Assembly: GCA_033857955.1 (NCBI GenBank)
Contig: JAWVCW010000015.1
Coordinates: forward strand, 59,514 to 123,513
Length of the DNA stretch: 64,000 bases
Reading direction: 5' to 3'
From: Gaiellaceae bacterium
Lineage (GTDB): Bacteria > Actinomycetota > Thermoleophilia > Gaiellales > Gaiellaceae
Part shown: in pieces, positions 15,790 through 24,112 of the stretch
Numbering within the stretch: position 1 is the first letter of the stretch
How the letters are laid out: the number at the start of each line of letters is the position of its first letter
Position numbers and translations under genes: made by a program
Notes under the pieces: model-generated
Told to the model about the DNA's origin: nothing
Seen by the model: the letters and a program-made list of their open reading frames with translations, nothing else
The model's database searches: none

Positions 15790-17394
15790 ATGGTGCAGCT
15801 GCCGCAGATGCTCTACGCGCTCGCCGAGCAGATCGACGGCCGCCGCGGCTACCCGGAGATCGCGCAGGCGCTCTCCGAGCAGATCCAGCGCGACGTCGGC
15901 GCCGAGGACGTCGAGTACCTCGTCGACGAGAAGCTTCGACCGCTCGGAGTCGTCGCGAGCCCGGACGGCACCACCCCGCAGCAGGAGAAGCTCGACCCCC
16001 TGCTCGCGCTCAAGTTCCGCGCGGCGCTCGTGCCGAAGTCCGTCACGCACTCGCTCACGACGATCTTCTACCCCCTCTTCCACCCGATCTCGGTCGTGCT
16101 CGTGCTCGGCGCGCTCGTCGCCGTCGACGTCTGGTTCTTCGGGTTCCACGGCGTCGCCCAGCCGCTGCGCGCGCTCGCGTACAACCCCGTGCTGCTGATG
16201 ATGGTGCTCGGGCTCGTCGTGCTCGCCACCGCGCTGCACGAGATCGGGCACGCGACGGCCACGCGGTACGGCGGCGCTGAGCCGGGCGTGATGGGCGCCG
16301 GCATCTACATCGTCTGGCCCGCCTTCTACACGGACGTCACGGACGCCTACCGCCTCGACCGCAAGGGACGCCTCCGCGTCGACCTCGGCGGGATTTACTT
16401 CAACGTCGTCTTCATCCTGCTCGTCGTCGGGGCGTACGCCGTCACCGGTTTCGAGCCGTTGCTCGTGCTGATCCTCGTTCAGCACATGCAGATCCTGCAG
16501 CAGTTGCTGCCGTTCCTCCGCCTAGACGGCTACTACATCCTGAGCGACCTCACCGGCGTGCCGGACATGTTCGCCCGGATCAAGCCGACGCTGAAGAGCG
16601 CGATTCCCGGCAAGGACACCGAGGACGCGGTCGAGGAGCTGAAACCGTGGGTCCGGCGCGTCACGCTCGCGTGGGTGCTCTTCCTGATCCCGGTGCTGCT
16701 GCTCGTCTTCGGGATGATGCTCTTCAACTCGCCGCGCATGATCGCGACGGCCTGGGACTCGCTCGGCCTGCAGTGGGACAGGATCCAGGAGGGCGGCGCG
16801 CTGAACGTGCTCTCGGGCGTGGTTCAGTCGCTGGCGCTCGCGCTGCCGCTCGCCGGCCTCACCTACACCACGAGCCGGGTGGTCGGAAAGATGGGCATGG
16901 GCGCCTGGGGCTGGTCCGAGGGGTCGGCGCTGCGGCGCACGCTCGTCGTCGCCTCCTCGGCAGCCATGGCTCTCGTCGCTGCGTACGTCCTGTACCCGAA
17001 CGGCGAGTACAAGCCGATCCAGGCAGACGAGCGCGGCACCCTCCAGGGCGGCGTCGCTCAGCTCTCCGCCGTTCGTACCGGCCGGCCCGCGCTCACCGAG
17101 AGGCGCGAGCAGGATCTCGGCGGCGCACCGACCGTCCGCTCCGGCGGCGTACCTCGCCCGGACATCAACGGCTCGACGAAGCAGGCGCCCTCACCGGCGT
17201 CGCCCGCGTCAACGGCGCCCGCCGCGACAACCGGTTCCACCTCCACGTCTACTTCGACCGAGCCGGTGCAGACGACTTCGACACCGGCCGCAACCGAGTC
17301 GACACCCACCGACACCACCTCCACCGTGCCGGCTGAGACGACGACGACGGTGCCTGCCGAGACAACAACAACTCCGACCACCACGACGCCATGA
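15790..17394 (+). CDS. Membrane-embedded M50 (site-2-protease-like) zinc metalloprotease with a Thr/Pro-rich C-terminal tail. The true start is probably near 15620.
   Basis: HExxH motif (ALHEIGHATATRYGG) in a TM helix, a second M50 motif LLPFLRLDGYYILSD, and at least six TM segments. The same frame is open and shows coding-like GC3 from about 15622 (ASPEPTITATEEPTQIQKAAADGGPPQLSEGIELVGEYQESGYEESPYIARLADGQ) but has no in-frame ATG, GTG or TTG. Confidence 0.8.
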   Translation: MVQLPQMLYALAEQIDGRRGYPEIAQALSEQIQRDVGAEDVEYLVDEKLRPLGVVASPDGTTPQQEKLDPLLALKFRAALVPKSVTHSLTTIFYPLFHPISVVLVLGALVAVDVWFFGFHGVAQPLRALAYNPVLLMMVLGLVVLATALHEIGHATATRYGGAEPGVMGAGIYIVWPAFYTDVTDAYRLDRKGRLRVDLGGIYFNVVFILLVVGAYAVTGFEPLLVLILVQHMQILQQLLPFLRLDGYYILSDLTGVPDMFARIKPTLKSAIPGKDTEDAVEELKPWVRRVTLAWVLFLIPVLLLVFGMMLFNSPRMIATAWDSLGLQWDRIQEGGALNVLSGVVQSLALALPLAGLTYTTSRVVGKMGMGAWGWSEGSALRRTLVVASSAAMALVAAYVLYPNGEYKPIQADERGTLQGGVAQLSAVRTGRPALTERREQDLGGAPTVRSGGVPRPDINGSTKQAPSPASPASTAPAATTGSTSTSTSTEPVQTTSTPAATESTPTDTTSTVPAETTTTVPAETTTTPTTTTP

Positions 17395-18161
17395 TCAAGC
17401 GCCTGCACCTCCTGCTCGCGCTCGTGCTGGCCCTCGCGCTCGGTGGGCCGGGCATAGCGCGGGCCGACGACATCGGCAGCCCCCGCAAGGACGACAACAT
17501 CGTCCAGGCGATCAACACGAAGAGCGGCTCGTCGCTCTTCAAGTTCGCGTTCTCACTGCGCAAGGTCACCGGCAAGGTCGTCGACAACACGAACGCCGCG
17601 ATCGCCTATTCGAGCTGCGAGAACTGCCGCACCACTGCGATCGCCATCCAGATCGTACTCGTCGTCGGCTCGCCCGACACGGTCACGCCGACGAATGCGG
17701 CGATCGCGATCAACGAGAACTGCACGCTCTGCCAGAGCTTCGCGACCGCCTTCCAGTTCGTGATCGGCGTCAAGGACGAGTCGGTGGAGCTGACGAGGGA
17801 AGGGAAGCGCGAGCTGCGACAGATCCTGCGCGAGTTCCGGGCGCTGAAGCACCACAACCTGACGCTCGAGGAGTTCCACGCGCGAACGACAGCGCTCGGC
17901 GACCGCATCCGGCAGGTGCTGAAGACGCAGCTCGTCTCACGCCGAGACCACCGCGACGACGAGGAAGACGTCCGCGACGAGCAGGATCAGGAGCAGCGAC
18001 CCGCACCTCCGACCGACCCGGCGGCCACGACGTCGACCGACGAGCCGACGACCACCGAGCCGGCGACGACCGAACCGGCGACGACGGCATCGACGACGAC
18101 TGAGACCACGCCCCCGCCGACGACGACCGAGACCACTCCGACGACGACCACCACGCCGTGA
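17391..18161 (+). CDS. Secreted protein with two NAAIA...CxxC...A.A.Q repeats, a helical charged region and a Thr/Pro-rich tail
   Basis: ATGA overlap with the upstream gene. Signal peptide MIKRLHLLLALVLALALGGPGIARA. Repeats NTNAAIAYSSCENCRTTAIAIQIV and PTNAAIAINENCTLCQSFATAFQFV. Confidence 0.75.
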   Translation: MIKRLHLLLALVLALALGGPGIARADDIGSPRKDDNIVQAINTKSGSSLFKFAFSLRKVTGKVVDNTNAAIAYSSCENCRTTAIAIQIVLVVGSPDTVTPTNAAIAINENCTLCQSFATAFQFVIGVKDESVELTREGKRELRQILREFRALKHHNLTLEEFHARTTALGDRIRQVLKTQLVSRRDHRDDEEDVRDEQDQEQRPAPPTDPAATTSTDEPTTTEPATTEPATTASTTTETTPPPTTTETTPTTTTTP

Positions 18162-18931
18162 CGCGGCTGCTGATCGGACTCGCTGCCGTGGCCGCGCTCT
18201 CGGGCTGCGGCGCCGGCGCGGGCGGCCCCGCGGGCCCCGCGCTGCGCGAGACGGCGACGAAGCTGGAGACGATCAAGACCGGGGTCCTCACGCTGAAGGT
18301 GAACATGGATCCCAAGGACGGCGATGCGTTCGGCTACGAGATCCACGGGCCGATCAAGCTCGCAGGCGAGGGAGAGGTGCCGCTCGCGGACGTCGAGTAC
18401 ACGCAGCGCGCCAACGGCCAGGAGGACACCGTGCGCCTCGTCCTCGACGAGAACGGCGGCTGGGTTGAGCGCGGCGGCGAGCGGACGCAGCTGACGCGGT
18501 CGCAGCTCGACGAGTTGCGCTCCGCCGGCTCGGTGCTCGGCCAGGGTGGACTCGAGAGCCTGGACTTCGAGGCGTGGATCGCGGATCCGAAGCGGTCCGA
18601 CGGTCCCGGCGACACGGACAAGGTCTCCGGCAAGCTCGACGTCGTCGCGGCGATGAACGGCCTCGCAGGTCTGTCAGGGGTGCTCGGAAGCGACCCCGTT
18701 CGGCTCGACAAGTCGAACGGGAAGCAGGTCGAGGATGCGGTGAAGGACTCGAGCTTCGAGCTCCTCACCGGCAAGGACGACCGGCTGCTCCGCAAGCTCG
18801 CGCTGATGTTCGAGTTCGACGCCGACGTACCCGATGAGCTCCGCGACGAGCTCGGCAAGGACGCCGTCGGAGCGAGGTTCGAATTCGACCTCGCCCTCGA
18901 CGACGTCAATCAGCCGGTCGCGATCGGCTGA
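18158..18931 (+). CDS. Lipoprotein (hypothetical)
   Basis: GTGA overlap with the upstream gene. Lipobox in LAAVAALSGCGAG. Confidence 0.75.
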   Translation: MTRLLIGLAAVAALSGCGAGAGGPAGPALRETATKLETIKTGVLTLKVNMDPKDGDAFGYEIHGPIKLAGEGEVPLADVEYTQRANGQEDTVRLVLDENGGWVERGGERTQLTRSQLDELRSAGSVLGQGGLESLDFEAWIADPKRSDGPGDTDKVSGKLDVVAAMNGLAGLSGVLGSDPVRLDKSNGKQVEDAVKDSSFELLTGKDDRLLRKLALMFEFDADVPDELRDELGKDAVGARFEFDLALDDVNQPVAIG

Positions 18932-18946
18932 CCGCGACGACACGCG

Positions 18947-20224
18947 TTACTGCATGTCGTCGTCGATCAGCGCGGACGTGCCCCGAGCGAGATCGGCTCC
19001 GATTTGCGAGAAGATCGTCTTCAACTCGCCGGCCGACGGCTTGTTGTAGAACCCGCCCGGCGACGCAATCTGCTGGATCGCCGAGTACGCGGTGATCCCC
19101 GTTTCCGTAGTCCCGGTGTACGACGTGCAGACGTTCGCACCGCCGTTGACCGCGTTCAAGTCGTAGCCGATCGAGTAGATCACTGTCCCCTTCGCCTTGA
19201 TCGCAGCCGCCGAGGTGACGCCCTGGTGGCAGGGCTTCGTCCGGTACGGCGAGCTGGTCGGGTAGAGGGTCGGGCCGGTGTTGGCGGCGCCGTCCGAGAG
19301 GAAGATGATCACGTTCTTCACAGTCGGGCGGCCGTTCGTCTCGAGCTGCTTCTGCGCCGCCTCGAGCGCGTCAGCGTACGCGGTGCGGCCACTGCCCTTC
19401 TGGCAGTTGATCGTCGAAACGAGCGTCGATGACGTCTGGAGGACGCGGCCCTGCGAGTAGTCGCTCGAGAGCGGGACGATGTTGTAGGCAGCCGAGGGCA
19501 CGCTGTACGTAGCCTCGTTCGGGGTCGCGCAGCGGGCGACCGACCCGGTGCCGGTTGCAGGCGGCAGCACGGTCAGACCCACCCACTGGGTCGTCGGCTC
19601 GAGATACTGGAGGAAGGTCTTCATGCCTTCGCGGGCGTTGTTCAAGTCGGTACACGCCGGATCGGATGCGCCCGAGGAGGTCTGGCACATCGAGCCCGTC
19701 CGGTCGAGCACCATCACGATGTCGAGCGGCGCGACGCCGCATGGCGAGCAGGCCGTCGAACGCGCGGTGATCTTGAACGTGTTGATGCCGAGCAGACCGG
19801 CGAAGAAGGTCTTCGTCGGAGCCTGCTCCATCACGACGACGGCGTTCATGGGATCGCACCCCGGAATCGAGGCGATGCACTTCGTCGTGATGGTCGTCGT
19901 GACGCCGTTGAGGTCGGCCTGCTGGTTCTTGCTGCCCACCGAGGAGCTGTACTGGCCGGCCACTGCCTTGGCCTTGGTTGCGTCGGGCAACTCCTGGGCG
20001 CCGGCAAGTGCGGCGGCGTCAGCAGACGCCTGAAGCGTGCGGTGCGCGTAGTACGCGTAGCCGACGTCGACGACGAGCGCTGCAAAGCCAAGCAGCACGA
20101 TCAACATCAGAACCACGAGCACGATGACCTGACCGCGCTCTTCCTGCGGTCGGACTGTGTGCGTTCGTGCAAGCTTGTGCGAAACCACGTCCAGAACCTC
20201 CCCTAAGACGGCGCGTCCGCACAA
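18947..20224 (-). CDS. TadG-like pilus-associated protein with an N-terminal TM/Tad-like segment and a vWA domain
   Basis: RGQVIVLVVLMLIVLLGFAALVVDVGYAYYAHRTLQASADAAALAGA resembles the TadE/G N-terminus. vWA MIDAS motif in VMVLDRTGSM, then IIFLSDGAAN. The exact start is uncertain. Confidence 0.75.
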   Translation of the reverse strand: MCGRAVLGEVLDVVSHKLARTHTVRPQEERGQVIVLVVLMLIVLLGFAALVVDVGYAYYAHRTLQASADAAALAGAQELPDATKAKAVAGQYSSSVGSKNQQADLNGVTTTITTKCIASIPGCDPMNAVVVMEQAPTKTFFAGLLGINTFKITARSTACSPCGVAPLDIVMVLDRTGSMCQTSSGASDPACTDLNNAREGMKTFLQYLEPTTQWVGLTVLPPATGTGSVARCATPNEATYSVPSAAYNIVPLSSDYSQGRVLQTSSTLVSTINCQKGSGRTAYADALEAAQKQLETNGRPTVKNVIIFLSDGAANTGPTLYPTSSPYRTKPCHQGVTSAAAIKAKGTVIYSIGYDLNAVNGGANVCTSYTGTTETGITAYSAIQQIASPGGFYNKPSAGELKTIFSQIGADLARGTSALIDDDMQ

Positions 20225-20320
20225 CGCCTGTTGTTTTCCAGCTGCCCTGAGTCAACGCATCGGCCGCTCGGCAGCGAACCTTGCTCGCTCGAAAGAGGGA
20301 TTTGCAGGCGTCTAGGGCGT

Positions 20321-21076
20321 TTAGGCGGAAACGGCCTCGAGGATCAGGTCGGAGATGTCGAAGTTCGCAGACACGTCCTGGACGTCGTCGTTGTCCTCCA
20401 GCTCCTCGATCAGGCGGATCAGCTTCTTCGCCGCCGCTTCCTCGGCCACCTCGACGGTCGTCTTCGGGATCATCGTCAGCTCGGCCGACTGGACCTCGAT
20501 GCCGGCAGCCTCGATCGCCGCGCGCACGGTAGCGAGGCTTTCCGGCGCGGACGAGACCTGGAAGACGGTCCCGTCGAGCTCGACGTCGTCCGCCCCACCT
20601 TCGGCCGCGGCCAGCGTCAGCTCGTCCTCGTCCACGGATTCGGCGTCGACGAGCACGACCCCGCGGCGCTCGAAGAGCCAGGCGACCGCGCCCGTTGTGC
20701 CGAGGTTCCCGCCGTGCTTCGCGAAGGTGTGCCGGACGTCGGAGGCGGTGCGGTTGCGGTTGTCGGTCAGCGCCTCGACGAGCACAGCGACGCCGTCCGG
20801 GCCATAGCCCTCGTAGACGATCGTCTCGAAGGCGGCGGCATCTGCATCGATGCCCGCGCCGCGTGCGATCGCGCGCTCGATCGTGTCCTTGGGCATCGAG
20901 TAGGACTTGGCCTTCTCGACCGCGTTCTGGAGCGCGAGGTTGGCCGCCGGATCCGGTCCCCCCTCCTTCGCGGCGACGATGATCGCCTTCGAGAGCTTCG
21001 TGAAGAGCTTGCCGCGCTTCGCGTCGGCGGCGCCCTTCTTGTGCTTGATCGTGGACCACTTGCTATGCCCTGACAC
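20321..21076 (-). CDS. yebC: YebC/PmpR-family DNA-binding transcriptional regulator
   Basis: [32 protein letters not shown]..., full length at 251 aa. Confidence 0.95.
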   Translation of the reverse strand: MSGHSKWSTIKHKKGAADAKRGKLFTKLSKAIIVAAKEGGPDPAANLALQNAVEKAKSYSMPKDTIERAIARGAGIDADAAAFETIVYEGYGPDGVAVLVEALTDNRNRTASDVRHTFAKHGGNLGTTGAVAWLFERRGVVLVDAESVDEDELTLAAAEGGADDVELDGTVFQVSSAPESLATVRAAIEAAGIEVQSAELTMIPKTTVEVAEEAAAKKLIRLIEELEDNDDVQDVSANFDISDLILEAVSA

Positions 21077-21617
21077 TTCGCTCCTCTCTGATCAGCTCCA
21101 GGAATCTTTCATGCACGCGCGTGTCGGCCGTCAGCTCAGGGTGGAACGACGCGACGAGGAAGCGTCCCTCGCGTAGCAGCACCGGCACGCCGTCGTGGCT
21201 CGCGAGCACTTCGACATCGGGCCCGGCGTCGGCCACGCGCGGAGCACGGATGAAGACCCCGCGGAGCGGCTCGGTCTCGCCCTCCAGCTCCAGGTCGGCC
21301 TCGAAGCTCGCGAGCTGGCGGCCGTAGCTGTTCCGCTCGACCTCCACATCGACGAGCCCGAGATGCGCTCGGTCGAGCAGGATCATCCCGGCGCAGGTGC
21401 CGAGCACCGGAGCGGAGAAGCTCCGGATCGCGTCCTCCAGGCCGTAGAGCCGCATCAGGCGCATGATCGCCGTCGACTCGCCGCCTGGAATCACGAGCCC
21501 GTCGAGGCCGTCGAGCTGCTCGGGCAGGCGAACCTCGACGACCTCGGCGCCGAGCGCCCGCAGCATCGCTCCGTGCTCGCGGAAGTTCCCCTGCACAGCG
21601 AGGACGCCAATCGTCAT
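21063..21617 (-). CDS. pdxT: Pyridoxal 5'-phosphate synthase, glutaminase subunit PdxT
   Basis: [15 protein letters not shown]...[10 protein letters not shown]...GTCAGMILL, with the class I amidotransferase Cys. Confidence 0.93.
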   Translation of the reverse strand: MTIGVLAVQGNFREHGAMLRALGAEVVEVRLPEQLDGLDGLVIPGGESTAIMRLMRLYGLEDAIRSFSAPVLGTCAGMILLDRAHLGLVDVEVERNSYGRQLASFEADLELEGETEPLRGVFIRAPRVADAGPDVEVLASHDGVPVLLREGRFLVASFHPELTADTRVHERFLELIREERSVRA

Positions 21618-21633
21618 GCCCTGAATTGTAGGT

Positions 21634-22545
21634 TCAGGCTTCGGTGTCGCCGTGCAGGCGTGCGAATCGCTCGCCCACGAGCCCGAGCGCCAGGATCAGG
21701 AGGCCCGCGAAGACGTAGTAGAGGGCGATCTGCCAGGGGTCGATGCCGCCCTGGGGATTGCCGATCTCGAACGGGACGAAGACGCCGACGAAGGCCAGCC
21801 CGTCCTGGATGAAGTGCGTCGTCGTCGCGAGGATTCCGACCGCACCGAGCACGGCGTAGCTCGAGCGACCGAACGCGTACGCACCCGCGACGTACGCCAC
21901 AGAGAGCAGGCCGATGAGGATCCAGTCGGCGGTGCCGTCGACGAGCGCGAGCACGCCGCCTCCGAACGCCAAGCTGCCGACGAAGTGGAGCCAGAAGCCG
22001 TACGGCTTGCGGCCCGAGCGGTCGACGGCGTGACCCGCAGCGACGAGGATCAGCCCGGCGACGATCGACATGATCTTCTCCGCACCCGGGTCGATGAGGG
22101 CCAACCAGAAGACGACCGCGATCGGGAGCACGAGGAGCGGCGCCCGGAAACGGCTGAGCGCCGCGAACGCGGCCACGATCGTCAGCAGCTCGAGCACCAG
22201 TGTCCCCGGCTGCCAGTCGTTGCCGGCGATGTCGTTGTCGAGGATCCCGATCAGGGATTCCAGCGCGCCCACGAAGAAGGCGAAGAAGACGACGGCGAGC
22301 GTGGCGAGAACTCCCGCGGCGACCGGGCGGCCGGCCTGCTGGAGGGCAAGGGCGAGCGCGACTGCGACCGCCGTGGCGAGCGCGCTGAAGCCGACGAGCG
22401 CCGCGTTGCCGTGATCCTGGCCCAGGACACCGAGCAGCGACGTGGTCGCGAAGAGCGCCACGAACCCGCCGATGTAAACGAGCGCGCTGCCGCTCGACCA
22501 GCGCGGCCGCAGCGCGTCGGCGGGCAGCAGGCGCTCGAGCGTCAC
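21634..22545 (-). CDS. Polytopic membrane protein inserted between pdxS and pdxT (hypothetical)
   Basis: About nine hydrophobic helices. GTG 22545 is proposed as the start, because the longer track ORF reads through the palindromic repeat (VFQKHK). Confidence 0.65.
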   Translation of the reverse strand: MTLERLLPADALRPRWSSGSALVYIGGFVALFATTSLLGVLGQDHGNAALVGFSALATAVAVALALALQQAGRPVAAGVLATLAVVFFAFFVGALESLIGILDNDIAGNDWQPGTLVLELLTIVAAFAALSRFRAPLLVLPIAVVFWLALIDPGAEKIMSIVAGLILVAAGHAVDRSGRKPYGFWLHFVGSLAFGGGVLALVDGTADWILIGLLSVAYVAGAYAFGRSSYAVLGAVGILATTTHFIQDGLAFVGVFVPFEIGNPQGGIDPWQIALYYVFAGLLILALGLVGERFARLHGDTEA

Positions 22546-22602
22546 GTCACAAGCGTGACGAGCGAGTCGGACGGCAGCAGCGCGAGGGACGAAGATCCGA
22601 GG

Positions 22603-22692
22603 CTTGTGTTTCTGAAACACAAGCTCCTCCCGCCCACGTAACCATGCGGGTTCTCGCCAGCGCAACAGGCCTTGTGTTTCTGAAACACAAAG
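22603..22692 (-). repeat. Paired-palindrome element, copy 2 (CTTGTGTTTC-T-GAAACACAAG, twice), inverted relative to copy 1
   Basis: Palindromes at 22603-22623 and 22671-22692. The reverse complement reproduces copy 1 features: CTTTGTG with the extra T on the outer palindrome, and GAGGAG preceding the inner one. Confidence 0.8.
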
Positions 22693-22720
22693 TCTCCCGG
22701 ACGGCCGTCAGCGGTCGGGA

Positions 22721-22972
22721 CCCGCCCGGTCAGGCTGCGGCGCCGCCGGGGTTCTTGAGGCGCGCGAGGGCGGCGGAGGCCGGCTCCGCCGACCCGGGAA
22801 GCCGCCCGGTCAGGCTGCGGCGGCGCCGGGTTCCTGACGCGTGGCTGAGCGTGCGCGGCCGGAGGGGATAGTGCGTGAGCACAGACCCGGAGAGCCGCGT
22901 GCGCTCAGGCGCGCGAGGGCGGCGGAGGCCGGCTCCGCCGGCCCGGGAGCCGCCCGGTCAGGGACTCGGCGG
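22721..22972. repeat. GC-rich direct repeats with stem-loops, downstream of pdxS
   Basis: GCCCGGTCAGGCTGCGGCG at about 22724 and 22804, with a partial copy at 22952. AGGCGCGCGAGGGCGGCGGAGGCCGGCTCCGCCG(A/G)CCCGGGA at 22758 and 22907, containing the hairpin GGCGGAG-GCCGG-CTCCGCC. Confidence 0.7.
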
Positions 22973-22974
22973 GG

Positions 22975-23889
22975 TTACCAGCCGCGGGTTTCGAGCAGCT
23001 CGCTCGGCTCGAGCGAAGCCGTGGAGATGCCGACCATCGGCTCGCCGAGGCCCGCAGAGACACGGGCCAGGATCTCGGCGTCGCGGAAGTGCGTCGTCGC
23101 CTCGACGATCGCCTTCGCGCGCAACGCCGGATCGCCGGACTTGAAGATGCCCGAGCCGACGAAGACGCCGTCGGCGCCGAGCTGCATGCAGAGAGCAGCG
23201 TCGGCCGGTGTGGCGATCCCGCCGGCGGTGAAGGTGACCACGGGCAGGCGGCCGTTTTCGGCGACCCACTTGACGAGCTCGTATGGGGCGCGCAGCTCCT
23301 TCGCCTCGGCGTAGAGCTCCTCCTCACGGAGCACGCCCAGCCGGCGGATGCCGCCGAAGACGGCGCGCATGTGCGTGACCGCGTTGACGACGTCGCCGGT
23401 GCCTGCCTCGCCCTTCGTCCGAATCATCGCCGCGCCCTCTGCGATCCGGCGGAGCGCTTCGCCCAGGTTCGTCGCGCCGCAGACGAAGGGGATCTCGAAC
23501 TGCCACTTGTCCACGTGGTGGGCGACGTCGGCCGGGGTCAGCACCTCCGACTCGTCGATGTAGTCGATCTCGAGCGCCTGCAGAATCTGTGCCTCGACGA
23601 AGTGGCCGATCCGGCACTTCGCCATCACGGGGATCGTCACCGCCTCCTGGATCTCCTGGACCATCGCCGGGTCCGACATGCGTGCGACACCGCCGTCACG
23701 CCGAATGTCGGCCGGAACGCGCTCGAGGGCCATCACCGCGACCGCGCCGGAATCCTCGGCGATCTTCGCCTGCTCAGCGTTGACGACGTCCATGATCACG
23801 CCGCCCTTGAGCATTTCGGCGAGCCCGCTCTTGACGCGCATCGTCCCGGTCTCGGTCACGCCGAGAGTGTAGCCGCCCCCGCAAACCAC
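22975..23889 (-). CDS. pdxS: Pyridoxal 5'-phosphate synthase, lyase subunit PdxS
   Basis: [56 protein letters not shown]. Alternative starts are GTG 23859 and ATG 23841. Confidence 0.95.
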   Translation of the reverse strand: MVCGGGYTLGVTETGTMRVKSGLAEMLKGGVIMDVVNAEQAKIAEDSGAVAVMALERVPADIRRDGGVARMSDPAMVQEIQEAVTIPVMAKCRIGHFVEAQILQALEIDYIDESEVLTPADVAHHVDKWQFEIPFVCGATNLGEALRRIAEGAAMIRTKGEAGTGDVVNAVTHMRAVFGGIRRLGVLREEELYAEAKELRAPYELVKWVAENGRLPVVTFTAGGIATPADAALCMQLGADGVFVGSGIFKSGDPALRAKAIVEATTHFRDAEILARVSAGLGEPMVGISTASLEPSELLETRGW

Positions 23890-24068
23890 ATTCGCATCCC
23901 AAGCGCGGATGTGCGATGACTACGCATACCGAACGCGACTCCTCTCCCCCTCCAGACGGAGCGGCCGCCTCGGCGGCTGGGCCGTCTGGCCCAGAAAGGA
24001 GCGTTCGGTAGAGGGGTCTGCTCTTGACGAGTAGACCCCTCGCTTTTGGCGCGCGAAGACCCCTGAAG

Positions 24069-24089
24069 GGCACGGACGGAGTCCGTGCC
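24069..24089 (-). terminator. 9-bp hairpin downstream of the tad-operon coiled-coil gene
   Basis: GGCACGGAC-GGA-GTCCGTGCC. More hairpins follow at 24011-24041 and about 23951-23990. Confidence 0.4.
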
Positions 24090-24112
24090 GCCGCCCTCGA
24101 TTCGTGATGGAG

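Noticed and set aside
15620-16198. An ATG-initiated 192-aa ORF immediately after the hairpin, considered as the first gene downstream of the peptides.
   Set aside because: Its translation (MRLRSRPSPPPKNPPRSRRQPP...) is Arg/Ser/Pro-rich junk. The coding signal (GC3 and protein-like sequence continuous with the M50 domain) is in the adjacent frame. I kept it only as evidence for a start-codon or frameshift problem.
22644-23314. ORFs at 22644-22871 and 22841-23314 (+) within the repeat region downstream of pdxS.
   Set aside because: They are composed of the GC-rich direct repeats or run antisense to pdxS. Their translations are Arg/Ala/Pro-rich.
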